A stretch of 64,000 bases of DNA from Allosphingosinicella sp. (GCA_036403015.1 DASWRU010000048.1:3532-67531); one strand, 5' to 3'; shown: positions 8,813-17,896, counted from the first letter of the stretch. A program made the numbers and translations. Notes: generated from the letters alone by a model not told the origin.

Positions 8813-10027
8813 TCATTCCTGCCCCTGGGGCTCCTTGCCGGGCTGGTCCGGATCCGAGGACTCGTCCTCCGCCTCCTGCGCCATCAGCGTCACCGGCGGG
8901 TAGGGCATGATGAGCGTCCCGTCCGGCGCCGCCGTGAAACTGGTCTGGCTCGGGTAGGCGAGCTGGATGTTCTCGCGGTTGAAGCGGTCGAGGATGGCGA
9001 GGCAGATGGCGTGGCGGGCGCCGAACACCTCTTCGTAATTGGTCGAGTGGACGTCGAATTGCAGCTCGAAGTCGAGGGTGGAGGCGCCGAATCCGGTCAT
9101 GCCGCAGCGCACCAGGCTGGTCTTGGGCTGGTCTTCCACGATCTCCTTCAGCATAGCCGGCAGCCGGGCGCATGTTTCCGGCGGCGTCTGGCAGACGAGG
9201 CCGAGCTGCATGACGATGCGCCTGTGCTCCAAATGCGCGAAATTGTGGATTTGCTGCTCCAGCAATTTGGAATTGGCGACGACGATCTGCTCGCCGCTGA
9301 GCGAGCGGATGCGGGTCGTCTTGAGGCCGATATTCTCGACATTGCCGCTGACGTCGCCGAAGCGGATGCCCTCGCCCTTGCGGAACGGCTTGTCGAACAG
9401 GATCGAGAGGGCGGCGAAGAGATCGGAGAAGATGCCCTGCGCGGCGAGGCCGATGGCGATGCCGCCGACGCCGAGGCCCGCCACCAGTCCGGTGACGTTG
9501 ACCCCCAGATTGTCGAGGATGAGGATGATCGCGATCGCGAACAGGGTGACGGTGACGAGCAGGCGGATGATGCCCACCGCGGAGCCGAGCGTCGTATGCT
9601 CCTCATTGGCGCCGACGCGGTGCTCGATATAGCCGAGCACCAGCTCGCGCGCCCAGATCGCTGCCTGGATGGCGAAAGCGATGACGAAGAGGGCGTTGAC
9701 GAAGCTGAGCAGGGTGGGCGGCGTGTCCGCATGCTCCGCCACCAGCTCCGCCGAGGCGAGGACGATGAAATAGACCTTGGTCTTGGCGAGCACCCGGGCG
9801 AAGATGACCGGCCAATGCGGGTCGCCGCCCCAGCGGGTGATGAGCTTGCAGCCGAGCGAGCGGATGGCGAGCATCGCCAGAGCCAGCGCAACGCCGATCG
9901 CCACGGCAATCAGGAGGCCGACGAGATTGCCGCCGATCCACTGCGACGCCTCGAGGGCGAGCCGATGGCTCTTCTCGCCGACGCCGGCGACCGTCTGGGT
10001 TACGGAGCCCGAATTCGCGAAGATCAT
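8813..10027 (-). CDS. mechanosensitive ion channel (MscS family)
   Basis: N-terminal TM helices followed by FDKPFRKGEGIRFGDVSGNVENIGLKTTRIRSLSGEQIVVANSKL. Confidence 0.88.
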   Translation of the reverse strand: MIFANSGSVTQTVAGVGEKSHRLALEASQWIGGNLVGLLIAVAIGVALALAMLAIRSLGCKLITRWGGDPHWPVIFARVLAKTKVYFIVLASAELVAEHADTPPTLLSFVNALFVIAFAIQAAIWARELVLGYIEHRVGANEEHTTLGSAVGIIRLLVTVTLFAIAIILILDNLGVNVTGLVAGLGVGGIAIGLAAQGIFSDLFAALSILFDKPFRKGEGIRFGDVSGNVENIGLKTTRIRSLSGEQIVVANSKLLEQQIHNFAHLEHRRIVMQLGLVCQTPPETCARLPAMLKEIVEDQPKTSLVRCGMTGFGASTLDFELQFDVHSTNYEEVFGARHAICLAILDRFNRENIQLAYPSQTSFTAAPDGTLIMPYPPVTLMAQEAEDESSDPDQPGKEPQGQE

Positions 10028-11127
10028 CAGGCCGCTTCCGCCTTCAGCCTCGTTTCCGCCTCGGCCGCCATGTCCGCCTCCACCTGCCGTTTCGACTTGC
10101 GAGCGGCCTTTGCCCGATGTTCGGCCTTGCCGTCCAGCTTGCGGGCTTCTTCGGGCAAGGCGTCGAGGAACTCGATCAGGCCCCTTTCTCCCGCGGAGAG
10201 GTATTTGGTCGGGCGCGGGAGACGGCGCTCGCCGATCGCTCCGGCGTCCTTGGCCGCCTCGATCAGCGCCGGATGGACGTAGGATTTCCGGCTGATCGCG
10301 GGCGTGTTGCCGAGCGCCTCCGCGACCGGCGCGATGACGCTCTTGAGCTTGACGCTGCCGTGCTTGCGCATCCGCCGCTCCATCTCCTCGAACGCGATGA
10401 CGCTCGCGCCCCAGGTGCGGAAGTCCTTTGCGGTGAAATCGTCGCCCATCACCGCCTTGATGTAACCGTTGACGTCGCCGGAGGTGACGGGACAGACCTC
10501 GCCCTCCTCGTTCACATATTCGAACAAATTCTGGCCCGGCAGGTCCTGCGTCCGCCTGGCGATGCGGACGAGGTTGCGGTCCGCGATCGTCACCGTCCGC
10601 CGGATCCCGTGCTTGCCCGCATAAGTGATCTTCAGCCGCCCGCGCTCCACCTTCGCGTGGCGGTTACGCAGGGTAGTCGCGCCGAAGCTCTTGTTCTCCT
10701 TGGCATATTCCTCGTTGCCGACGCGCATCCTGGTTTCGTCGATCAGCCGCACCACCGCCGCAAGCACCGTCTCCGGCGCCGTCGCCTTCCCCTTCAGATC
10801 CTCCTCGACCTGCTTGCGAAGCTTGGGCAGGGTGCGGCCGAACGCCGCGAGCCGCTCATATTTCAGCGCTTCCTGCTGCGCGCGGAAGCCGGGATGGTAA
10901 CGATATTGCCGCCGTCCCTTGGAGTCGTAGCCGATCGCCTGGATGTGGCCGTCGGGATCGGCGCAGAACCAGCAGCGCTCATAGGCCGGGGGCATGCCGA
11001 CGGCGTTGAGGCGGTCGATCTCCTCGCGGTCGGTCACCCGGCTGCCGTCGGCGCGGAAATATTGCCAGTAGCGCCCGCGGCGCTTGCGGGTGATGCCGGG
11101 CAGGGAATCGTCGACATAGCGGAGCAT
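10027..11127 (-). CDS. DNA topoisomerase IB (poxvirus-like bacterial type)
   Basis: YVDDSLPGITRKRRG N-terminus, GYDSKGRRQYRYHP, and catalytic-Tyr region AISRKSYVHPALIEA. Confidence 0.85.
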   Translation of the reverse strand: MLRYVDDSLPGITRKRRGRYWQYFRADGSRVTDREEIDRLNAVGMPPAYERCWFCADPDGHIQAIGYDSKGRRQYRYHPGFRAQQEALKYERLAAFGRTLPKLRKQVEEDLKGKATAPETVLAAVVRLIDETRMRVGNEEYAKENKSFGATTLRNRHAKVERGRLKITYAGKHGIRRTVTIADRNLVRIARRTQDLPGQNLFEYVNEEGEVCPVTSGDVNGYIKAVMGDDFTAKDFRTWGASVIAFEEMERRMRKHGSVKLKSVIAPVAEALGNTPAISRKSYVHPALIEAAKDAGAIGERRLPRPTKYLSAGERGLIEFLDALPEEARKLDGKAEHRAKAARKSKRQVEADMAAEAETRLKAEAA

Positions 11128-11166
11128 CGGCTCCCTTAAGCGCCCTCGGCGCCGCTTCGTTCCGGA

Positions 11167-12531
11167 TCAGCCGGCGGGAAGCGTGGCCGCCTTGGGGGCA
11201 AGGAAGGGCCGTTTCGCCGTGCGGGGATATTGGCGGCCGACGAAGCCGTCGAAACCGATCTGCACCGCGACCAGCATCCACACGAACGGCTGAAAGGCGA
11301 TGCCGACGAACAGCGAGCCGACGAGATAGATGATTTGCGCGCCCTGGAGCGCGGTGGCGAGCGGCGAGATCCACGCCTGCTCCGCGTCCGTAGCGGCCTT
11401 GAAGCGGCGGCGGAGCATCTCCATCCGCAGCAGGCCGATCGCGTGGATGACAAGGAACAGGAAGAGCCCGGGGAAGCCCTGCTCGCCCAGCATCTCGAAA
11501 TAGGAACTGTGATAGGCGCGGGCGCGGTCCGACTGCACCCGCCAATCGACCTCCTGCACCGGTCCCTTGCCGCCGCCGGTGGCGACGGTGTGCACCTGGA
11601 GGTCGTTCTGGCGATAGGCCTCGAAGCCCCCGCCCAGCGGGTGCTTCTTGGCATAGTCCCAGGTCCAGGCCCACACGGCGAGGCGCGAGGCGGCCGAGCT
11701 GTCGGACTGGTAGTTCTGGATCGTGCCCATCCGCGCCGAATAGCTTTGCGGCAGGAAGGGCACGGCGGCGAGCACCCCGGCGGCGATCAGCGCCGCGTAG
11801 AGGAAGCGCCGCTTGACCTCGCGCAGCATCAGGACGGTGAGCACGCCGATGCAGATGAGGCCGGTGCGCGCCTCCGTCCCGACCGGGATGAGCAGGCAGG
11901 CGAAGACCAGATTGTAGGCGAAGAGGCGCACCCGCCAGTCGCGTGGGAACACGGTGCCATGACGGCCGAGCCAGAGGATCACCGGGATGATGGCGACGGC
12001 CACGGTCGAGATGGTGCTGCCCTCGTAGAGGCCGCTATTGCTGGTCACCATCAGGTTCAGCGCGCCGTAGCCGCCGCCCGACGCCGCCGTCTTGATCCCG
12101 CCGACGATGACGATGGCCGCGGCCGAGAGCGTCATGAACAGGAGATAGGCCTCGACCCGCAGCCGCGTCCGCAATGTGAACGGGAGGAAGATCGCCCAGA
12201 CCATCGCCTTCCACACCCATTCCCACTTGTCCGGCGCGAATTGGGGAAAATCCGCGTGGAAGGTGGTGAAAGCGGCCCACAGGAGGAGGAGGACCATCAG
12301 CCCCTGCCGCGGCGCAACGCCCAGCTGCCTTTTGTCGTCGACGAGCAGCCATGATCCGACCGCGAGGCCGGCGACGATCATCGACAGGGGCACGCTGTTC
12401 AGCAGGAAGTAGGAGAGATGCTGCGGCGCGACGATGTCGACATAGGCATAAGCGAGCACGAACAGGAACGGCCGCCGGAAGCCGAGGCCGAGCAGGGCGA
12501 CGAGGAAGCCGACGAAGGCGAGGTCACGCAC
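11167..12531 (-). CDS. O-antigen ligase-like polytopic membrane protein (resembles the exosortase A-associated O-glycosylation ligase family)
   Basis: 454 aa with more than 10 TM segments, GTG start, N-terminus MRDLAFVGFLVALLGLGFRRPFLFVLAYAYVD. Confidence 0.65.
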   Translation of the reverse strand: MRDLAFVGFLVALLGLGFRRPFLFVLAYAYVDIVAPQHLSYFLLNSVPLSMIVAGLAVGSWLLVDDKRQLGVAPRQGLMVLLLLWAAFTTFHADFPQFAPDKWEWVWKAMVWAIFLPFTLRTRLRVEAYLLFMTLSAAAIVIVGGIKTAASGGGYGALNLMVTSNSGLYEGSTISTVAVAIIPVILWLGRHGTVFPRDWRVRLFAYNLVFACLLIPVGTEARTGLICIGVLTVLMLREVKRRFLYAALIAAGVLAAVPFLPQSYSARMGTIQNYQSDSSAASRLAVWAWTWDYAKKHPLGGGFEAYRQNDLQVHTVATGGGKGPVQEVDWRVQSDRARAYHSSYFEMLGEQGFPGLFLFLVIHAIGLLRMEMLRRRFKAATDAEQAWISPLATALQGAQIIYLVGSLFVGIAFQPFVWMLVAVQIGFDGFVGRQYPRTAKRPFLAPKAATLPAG

Positions 12532-12685
12532 CCGGCCGGCCTTTCCGGAACGGCCGCGCGGCCTTTGCGAGGGCGGGGTCGGGCGGGACGAGCGTCGAGT
12601 CGTCGAGATCGCGCCGCGAGACGAGCCGCCAGGCGGCGAGCAGGAGCAGGCCGTGGCTCAGCGCCAGAGCGAAATTGTCGATCAT
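12524..12685 (-). CDS. small single-TM protein (53 aa), not in the ORF track
   Basis: ATG at 12685 with a GAGGAGG RBS 8 nt upstream. Peptide MIDNFALALSHGLLLLAAWRLVSRRDLDD... Its TGA overlaps the GTG start of the ligase-like gene (GTGCGTGA). Confidence 0.45.
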   Translation of the reverse strand: MIDNFALALSHGLLLLAAWRLVSRRDLDDSTLVPPDPALAKAARPFRKGRPGA

Positions 12686-12761
12686 GCCGGCGCCTCCTCG
12701 ATCCGCTCTTAGACCGGGGCGGTTGACGCGGCGTTAAGCCTGCGCGCGCATAAGCCGGCTC

Positions 12762-13964
12762 ATGCGCATCCTCCACGTGCTCGACCACAGCCTGCCGCTC
12801 CACAGCGGCTACACGTTCCGCACGCGCGCGATCGTCACCGCCCAGCAGGCGCGGGGCCTGGAGGTCGCCTGCCTCACCGGCGCGCGCCAGGGAAACGCCG
12901 GGGCCGATCCCGAAATCGTCGACGGCATCACCTTCTACCGGACTCCCGCCCCGACACCGGCGCCCTCGCCGCTCAGGGAATGGCGCGAGATCAAGGCGCT
13001 CGAGGCGCGGCTGGACCGGCTGGCGGAGGAATGGCAGCCCGATCAGCTCCACGTCCACTCGCCGGTGCTCAACGCGCTGGCGGCGCTGCGCGTCGCCCGG
13101 CGCCGCGGCCTCCCCATCCTCTACGAGATCCGCGCCTTCTGGGAGGACGCCGCGGTCGGCAACGGCACCGGCCGCGAGGGATCGCCCCGCTACCGGCTCA
13201 CCCGCAGCCTCGAAACCTGGGCGGCGCACCACGCCGACTCGGTGGCCGTGATCTGCGAGGGGCTGAGGCGCGATCTCGTCGCGCGCGGCGTCGATCCCGG
13301 CAAGATCTTCCTGGCCCCCAACGGCGTCGACATGAGCCTGTTCGGCAACCCGCTGGCTCCGGACGCCGACCTTGCCGGGCGCCTGGGGCTCAAGGACAAG
13401 GACGTGGTCGGCTTCATCGGCTCCTTCTACGATTATGAAGGGCTGGACGACCTCATCGCCGCGATGCCGCTCCTGCTCCAGACGCGGCCCGACGCGCACC
13501 TCCTGCTGGTCGGCGGCGGTCCGATGGAAGCCACGCTGAAGGCCCAGGCGGAGGCGTCGCCGGCCCGGCGCGCCATCCATTTCGCCGGGCGCGTCCCGCA
13601 CCACGAGGTGGACCGCTATTACGGCCTTATCGACATCCTCGCTTATCCGCGCAAGGCGATGCGGCTCACCGAGCTCGTGACGCCGCTGAAGCCGCTCGAG
13701 GCGATGGCGCAGCGCAAGCTGGTCGCCGCATCGAACGTCGGCGGCCATCGCGAGCTGATCGAGGACGGCGTCACCGGCACGCTCTTTCCCGCCGGCGACC
13801 CGCGGGCGCTGGCCGAGGCGCTCGACACTTTGTTCGCCAACCGCCCTTCCTGGGAGCAGCGCCGGGACGTCGCGTGGCGGTTCGTCGAACGGGATCGTAA
13901 CTGGTCGTCAAATATTTCCAGCTACATGCCGGCCTACCAGAAGCTGACGGGCAAGGCATCCTAA
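12762..13964 (+). CDS. glycosyltransferase family 4 (resembles exosortase A system-associated GT)
   Basis: MRILHVLDHSLPLHSGYTFRT N-terminus and a C-terminal EX7E-type region PLEAMAQRKLVAASNVGGHRELIEDGVTG. Confidence 0.8.
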   Translation: MRILHVLDHSLPLHSGYTFRTRAIVTAQQARGLEVACLTGARQGNAGADPEIVDGITFYRTPAPTPAPSPLREWREIKALEARLDRLAEEWQPDQLHVHSPVLNALAALRVARRRGLPILYEIRAFWEDAAVGNGTGREGSPRYRLTRSLETWAAHHADSVAVICEGLRRDLVARGVDPGKIFLAPNGVDMSLFGNPLAPDADLAGRLGLKDKDVVGFIGSFYDYEGLDDLIAAMPLLLQTRPDAHLLLVGGGPMEATLKAQAEASPARRAIHFAGRVPHHEVDRYYGLIDILAYPRKAMRLTELVTPLKPLEAMAQRKLVAASNVGGHRELIEDGVTGTLFPAGDPRALAEALDTLFANRPSWEQRRDVAWRFVERDRNWSSNISSYMPAYQKLTGKAS

Positions 13965-14815
13965 TGGCAAAGCACAACAAGAGCCGGCTTTCGTCCGCGC
14001 TTGACCTCGGCGTCGGCGCCTTTGCGGCGGCGTCGGCGGGCTTCGTCTTCTTCGCGATGCCGGAGGACCTCTTCTCCACGCTCGTCGTGAAGAGCGGCCT
14101 CCCCAAGGTGCTCGCCGCCGCTCAGCCGCCGCTCGGCGACACCGCCCGGCTCGGCATCGTCGCGGTCGTCGCCCTGGTCACGTTCGCCTTCGTCTGGTCG
14201 CTGCTGCGCGCGCTCGACGGCGTTCCCGCACGGGTCGCCGGGGTCGAGGCGGAAGGGGAGCCGGAGCCTCAGGGCGAGGTTCTCCGCCTCCGCAAGGCTG
14301 ACGCCCATCCCGACGCCCCCGCGCGCCGGCCGCTCCTGGCCGGTCGCGAGCTGGGCGAGCCGTTCGCCCCGGAAGGGGAAATGCTCCTCACCCAGGCCGA
14401 TCTGGCGCCGGAGCCCGTGTCGGTGCCGGAGGCCGAAGCCGAATTCGGGCCGCCGCCGGCAGCCGAGCCCGAGCCGGAGCCGGAAGCCGAGCCGGAGGCG
14501 CTCCCGTCCTTCCTGGTTGCCCAGGAACCGGAAACCGAGCCGGACTCCGAATCGGAAGACGCGGAGGAGGCGGCGCCGGAGCCGGGCGATTCGGCCGATC
14601 TCTCCCGGCTCATGGCGCGGTTCGAATCCGGCCTCGGCCACAAGCGCCAGGCGATTGTCCGCGCGGCCTTGGCGCCGGCGCCCGGCCCCCAGCCCGAACC
14701 CGCACCGGCACCCTCGGCGGAGCCCGCCGCGCCCGAAGAGCCGGCGGACCGCGTCGGCCACCGCCTCCGCAGCGCCATCACCGAGCTCCAGAAGGTCTCC
14801 GGACGCGCCGGCTGA
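13964..14815 (+). CDS. membrane-anchored Pro/Glu/Ala-rich hypothetical protein
   Basis: Start overlaps the upstream stop (TAATG). Two N-terminal hydrophobic segments are followed by low-complexity EPEPEPEAEPEA tracts. Confidence 0.5.
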   Translation: MAKHNKSRLSSALDLGVGAFAAASAGFVFFAMPEDLFSTLVVKSGLPKVLAAAQPPLGDTARLGIVAVVALVTFAFVWSLLRALDGVPARVAGVEAEGEPEPQGEVLRLRKADAHPDAPARRPLLAGRELGEPFAPEGEMLLTQADLAPEPVSVPEAEAEFGPPPAAEPEPEPEAEPEALPSFLVAQEPETEPDSESEDAEEAAPEPGDSADLSRLMARFESGLGHKRQAIVRAALAPAPGPQPEPAPAPSAEPAAPEEPADRVGHRLRSAITELQKVSGRAG

Positions 14816-14817
14816 GC

Positions 14818-15144
14818 TCAGCCGTCCTCCACCGTCAACGCTTCGATCGCGATTCGGACCCGTCCGGGATGCCGCTCCTCCGACACCAGGGCGACATCGG
14901 CGAGCACATGGCCGCGCAGCCGGAACTCGGCTGCCCGCAGGTTCGACAGGAAGTCGGAGGCGGCCGTCTCCGCCGACGAGCCCTCGATCCGGAAGGTGAG
15001 CTCGTGACGAGCGCCGGTGAAGGTGACGCTCGCCCAGCCGCGGCTGCGGACCTCCTCCAGCGCGAACCGCCGGCCGAAGCCGGACAGCCTGGCGCACATC
15101 GCGCCGATCAGCGCCGTCGTGGCGTCCCTGGTCAGCGGTTCCAT
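14818..15144 (-). CDS. hypothetical protein (108 aa), second gene of the putative SOS-controlled operon
   Basis: Overlaps the upstream small HTH gene by 13 nt. No domain recognised. Confidence 0.5.
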   Translation of the reverse strand: MEPLTRDATTALIGAMCARLSGFGRRFALEEVRSRGWASVTFTGARHELTFRIEGSSAETAASDFLSNLRAAEFRLRGHVLADVALVSEERHPGRVRIAIEALTVEDG

Positions 15145-15344
15145 GCACGGCCTCCGATCTCCGCCTCACGGGCCTCGAGCCACAGGAGGAGGCGCTTCTC
15201 GAGCGGCGGGCGCAGCGTGCGTCCGGCGCGCAGGTCGAAGACGAGCCGCGGGTCCCCGATCGCCTCGCGGCCCAACCGCGTCGCTGAGACCCCCGTCTGC
15301 GTGATATAAGAGTTGATGCGCTTCATCAGCGGTCTCCCCGACAT
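15132..15344 (-). CDS. small Cro-like putative DNA-binding protein
   Basis: 70 aa (or 64 aa from MKRINSY). The TQTGVSATRLGREAIGDPRLVFDLRAGR region is HTH-like. Divergent from the S24 repressor gene. Confidence 0.5.
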   Translation of the reverse strand: MSGRPLMKRINSYITQTGVSATRLGREAIGDPRLVFDLRAGRTLRPPLEKRLLLWLEAREAEIGGRAWNR

Positions 15345-15365
15345 AAGTCTTCCTTCCGAATCACC

Positions 15366-15380
15366 GTTCCTGCTATGTTC
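15366..15380. promoter_or_regulatory. alphaproteobacterial SOS (LexA) box
   Basis: Exact GTTC-N7-GTTC direct repeat (GTTCctgctatGTTC), 22-36 nt upstream of the ATG at 15344. Confidence 0.55.
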
Positions 15381-15394
15381 GAATGTCAGGGTTG

Positions 15395-15423
15395 ATTTCC
15401 TATTTGTCTAGGCAAATTCCTAT
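15395..15423. promoter_or_regulatory. direct-repeat candidate operator
   Basis: ATTTCCTAT (15395-15403) and AATTCCTAT (15415-15423) are spaced 20 bp apart. A third, degenerate TTCCTgcTAT lies at 15367-15376. Confidence 0.4.
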
Positions 15424-15438
15424 GATAATGGAGTCCAT

Positions 15439-16083
15439 ATGAAAGCTGATCCACGCGCGGCGCTCGATCGCCTCATTCAAGAGCGGGGGGACGATTATGT
15501 CGGCCTGTCGCGGCTGATCGGCCGCAACGCCGCTTATGTGCAGCAATATATCAAGCGGGGGACGCCGAAGCGGTTGGCCGAGGACGACCGCCGAGTGCTG
15601 GCCGGCTATTTCGGCGTCGATGAGACGCTGCTCGGCGGGCCCGCGCGTTCCGCGCCGGGCGGCGGGCTGGTGCCCGTCCCGCGCCTCGACGTCGGCGCTT
15701 CGGCGGGGGCGGGCGCTCTCGATCCGACGGAGCGGGCGGTCGGCAGCATGGCCTTCGACCCGGGGTGGCTGCGCCGCCTCGGGGTCGCCGATCCGGGCCG
15801 GCTGTCCATGATCCGGGTCGCCGGCGAGTCGATGGCGCCGACGCTCTCGGACGGCGACGAGATATTGGTGGACGGCGGCGATTCCGCCGCCAGGCTGAGA
15901 GAGGGGGTCTACGCCTTGCGGATCGACGATGCGCTGGTGGTGAAGAGGGTGACGCCCGGTCCCGCCGCCGGCCGCATCTCGGTGCGTAGCGACAATCCCG
16001 ACTATCCGGGCTGGCCCGATTGCGACCCGGCCGGCATCGACGTGGTCGGCCGCGTCGTCTGGGTCGGGAGACGCCTCGGCTAG
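15439..16083 (+). CDS. S24 peptidase / CI-LexA-like repressor
   Basis: N-terminal HTH (VGLSRLIGRNAAYVQQYIKRG). C-terminal autopeptidase with GESMAPTL (Ser) and ALVVKRV (Lys). Confidence 0.85.
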   Translation: MKADPRAALDRLIQERGDDYVGLSRLIGRNAAYVQQYIKRGTPKRLAEDDRRVLAGYFGVDETLLGGPARSAPGGGLVPVPRLDVGASAGAGALDPTERAVGSMAFDPGWLRRLGVADPGRLSMIRVAGESMAPTLSDGDEILVDGGDSAARLREGVYALRIDDALVVKRVTPGPAAGRISVRSDNPDYPGWPDCDPAGIDVVGRVVWVGRRLG

Positions 16084-16120
16084 AGCGGTATCGACCTTCG
16101 GCGCTGAGCCCGAAGCTGCT

Positions 16121-16287
16121 TGCCTGCCTCCCCAGCGTCAGCGGGGGAGGGGGACCACCGAAGGTGGTGGAGGGGTAGAAGGCGCCGAAGCCGGAGAGTT
16201 CCCAGCTGAACCTCGCAGGCCGAGCCAATTACCCCTCCACCACCATTCTGGTGGTCCCCCTCCCCGCCGCTTCGCGGCAGGGAGGCA
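16121..16287. repeat. MITE/REP-like element family A, copy 2
   Basis: Same terminal inverted repeats as 2161-2290 (GGGGAGGGGGACCACCGAAGGTGGTGGAGGGGTA ... TACCCCTCCACCACCATTCTGGTGGTCCCCCTCCCC) around a longer core. Confidence 0.8.
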
Positions 16288-16339
16288 AAGAAGTGGCCGG
16301 CCCAGCGCGAAATATTCTGAATGTCGATACAGCCTAGGG

Positions 16340-16945
16340 CTAATCCACTCCCGCGGCGCGGAAGGCGAGGCTGGTCAGCGCCTCGGCGGCAAGCCCGATG
16401 GCGAGACCCGCGCCCACGTCGGTGGGATAATGGGCGCAGCGCGGGACCTGGACGAGCGCCAGCACGGCCGCCGCGCCACAGGCCGGAGCCGAATGCTCGG
16501 GATAGTCGCGGGCGAAGGCGCGGGCGACGGCCGCCGCACCGGCGCTGTGGCCGGAGGGGAAGCTGGTCTCCTCCTTCGCCTCGCTGCGGCCCGGCGCGGG
16601 GCGGTGGTCTTTCCCCGGCGCGTCGATCGACCGGGGCCGGGTGCGGTCGACGCGCTTCTTGACAAAGTCCTTGGCGAGCGTCGCCAGGCTGTGGGCCACG
16701 AACATGCGCGCGCCCGTGCGGATGAGCCGCCGGTCCTCGGCGATCAAGCCGACGGCGACGATTGCGCCGCAGAGGATGCGCATCTGCGGCTGGTCGCCGA
16801 GGTCCGCCACCGGCTCGAGCAGCCGCACGAGCAGGCTCTGCTCATGGCCCCGCGCCGTCCGCGCGGCGGCGGCATCGGCGGCGAGTGCCGCCTCGGCGGC
16901 GTCAGAGGGCTTCGGCTTCATGCCGCGCGAGGAGCGATGAGCCAT
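16340..16945 (-). CDS. PAP2 family phosphatase
   Basis: KKRVDRTRP, FPSGHS and RCAHYPTD acid-phosphatase motifs. An alternative start exists at 16921. Confidence 0.8.
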   Translation of the reverse strand: MAHRSSRGMKPKPSDAAEAALAADAAAARTARGHEQSLLVRLLEPVADLGDQPQMRILCGAIVAVGLIAEDRRLIRTGARMFVAHSLATLAKDFVKKRVDRTRPRSIDAPGKDHRPAPGRSEAKEETSFPSGHSAGAAAVARAFARDYPEHSAPACGAAAVLALVQVPRCAHYPTDVGAGLAIGLAAEALTSLAFRAAGVD

Positions 16946-17621
16946 AGCCGGCGAGGAGGTCCTCCGGTCCGTCGTAGAGGGCGCAGGCGCCGGCTTGCCT
17001 GAGCGCGTCGTCCGGAAAGCCGCCGGAGCGAAAGGCGAGGGTGCGAAGCCCGGCGCGGGCGGCGGCCTTCACGTCCCAAGGCGTGTCGCCGACGACGAGG
17101 ACGTCTTCGGGCCCGAGCGGATGGAGCCTGGCGAGCGCGGCCTCGAAAATGTCCGGACAGGGCTTCGACCTGTCGACATCGTCCTTCGAGGTGCAGGCGA
17201 AGACCAGGTCCTCGCAACCGATGAGCGCCAGATGATAGCCGACTTCCGCCTTGGACGAGGAGGAGGCGAGGACGATTTTGATCCCCTCCGCGACCAGCCG
17301 CTCGAACAGGGGCCGCACGCCGGCAAACGGCCTTGCGCGGGGGAGATAGCAGCGCTGGAACAGGTCGCGGCGATAGGCTTCGAGCGCGGCCTGCTCCTTC
17401 GCCGAAATGGCCGGCAGAAGGCTGGGGATCAGATTGTCCCCGCCTTTGCCCACCTGCCAGCGTATATCGTCGAACGGCACGTCGCGACCGAAGCGGACGA
17501 ACGCCTCCCGCCAGGCGGAGGCATGCAGGTCGTTGGTATCGACGAGCGTTCCGTCGACGTCGAACAGCACCGCCCGGACCGGGCGGCCGGTGTCGCAATC
17601 GGGGGGTAGGGGGTCGGTCAT
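16902..17621 (-). CDS. HAD family hydrolase
   Basis: Inner start MTDPLPP. Motif I is LFDVDGTLVDT, with GDTPWD near the C-terminus. Confidence 0.8.
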   Translation of the reverse strand: MTDPLPPDCDTGRPVRAVLFDVDGTLVDTNDLHASAWREAFVRFGRDVPFDDIRWQVGKGGDNLIPSLLPAISAKEQAALEAYRRDLFQRCYLPRARPFAGVRPLFERLVAEGIKIVLASSSSKAEVGYHLALIGCEDLVFACTSKDDVDRSKPCPDIFEAALARLHPLGPEDVLVVGDTPWDVKAAARAGLRTLAFRSGGFPDDALRQAGACALYDGPEDLLAGYGSSLLARHEAEAL

Positions 17622-17680
17622 ATGCCCGCCCAACGGGGCGGAGCGGGAAGAGTTTCCGCGCACGCGTTGCCGGGCGGCCC

Positions 17681-17896
17681 CTATTCGTCCCCCGCCGTGC
17701 GGAAGACGAGCAGCGCCCCGTCGGCATCGATGCCGGGGAGGCGCGGATAGGCGCCGATGAAGCGCTCCATGCCGGACGAGACGCGGAGCACCCACGCCTG
17801 GCCCTCGCCGGTCCTCAAGCGCAGCTCGAGGCGGGTGGCGACAGGAGGGGCGGTAAAGTCGAAGGCGGATCGCATGGGTAGGTCCATGCCAGCCAA
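17681..17896 (-). CDS. hypothetical small protein
   Basis: 71-aa ORF, no domain recognised. Coding status uncertain. Confidence 0.3.
   Translation of the reverse strand: MAGMDLPMRSAFDFTAPPVATRLELRLRTGEGQAWVLRVSSGMERFIGAYPRLPGIDADGALLVFRTAGDE

Noticed and set aside
14818-16287. Intact prophage around the S24 repressor
   Set aside because: Only the switch genes are present. Flanking genes are housekeeping or EPS genes and a MITE. The lysozyme at 452 is 14 kb away and unlinked.
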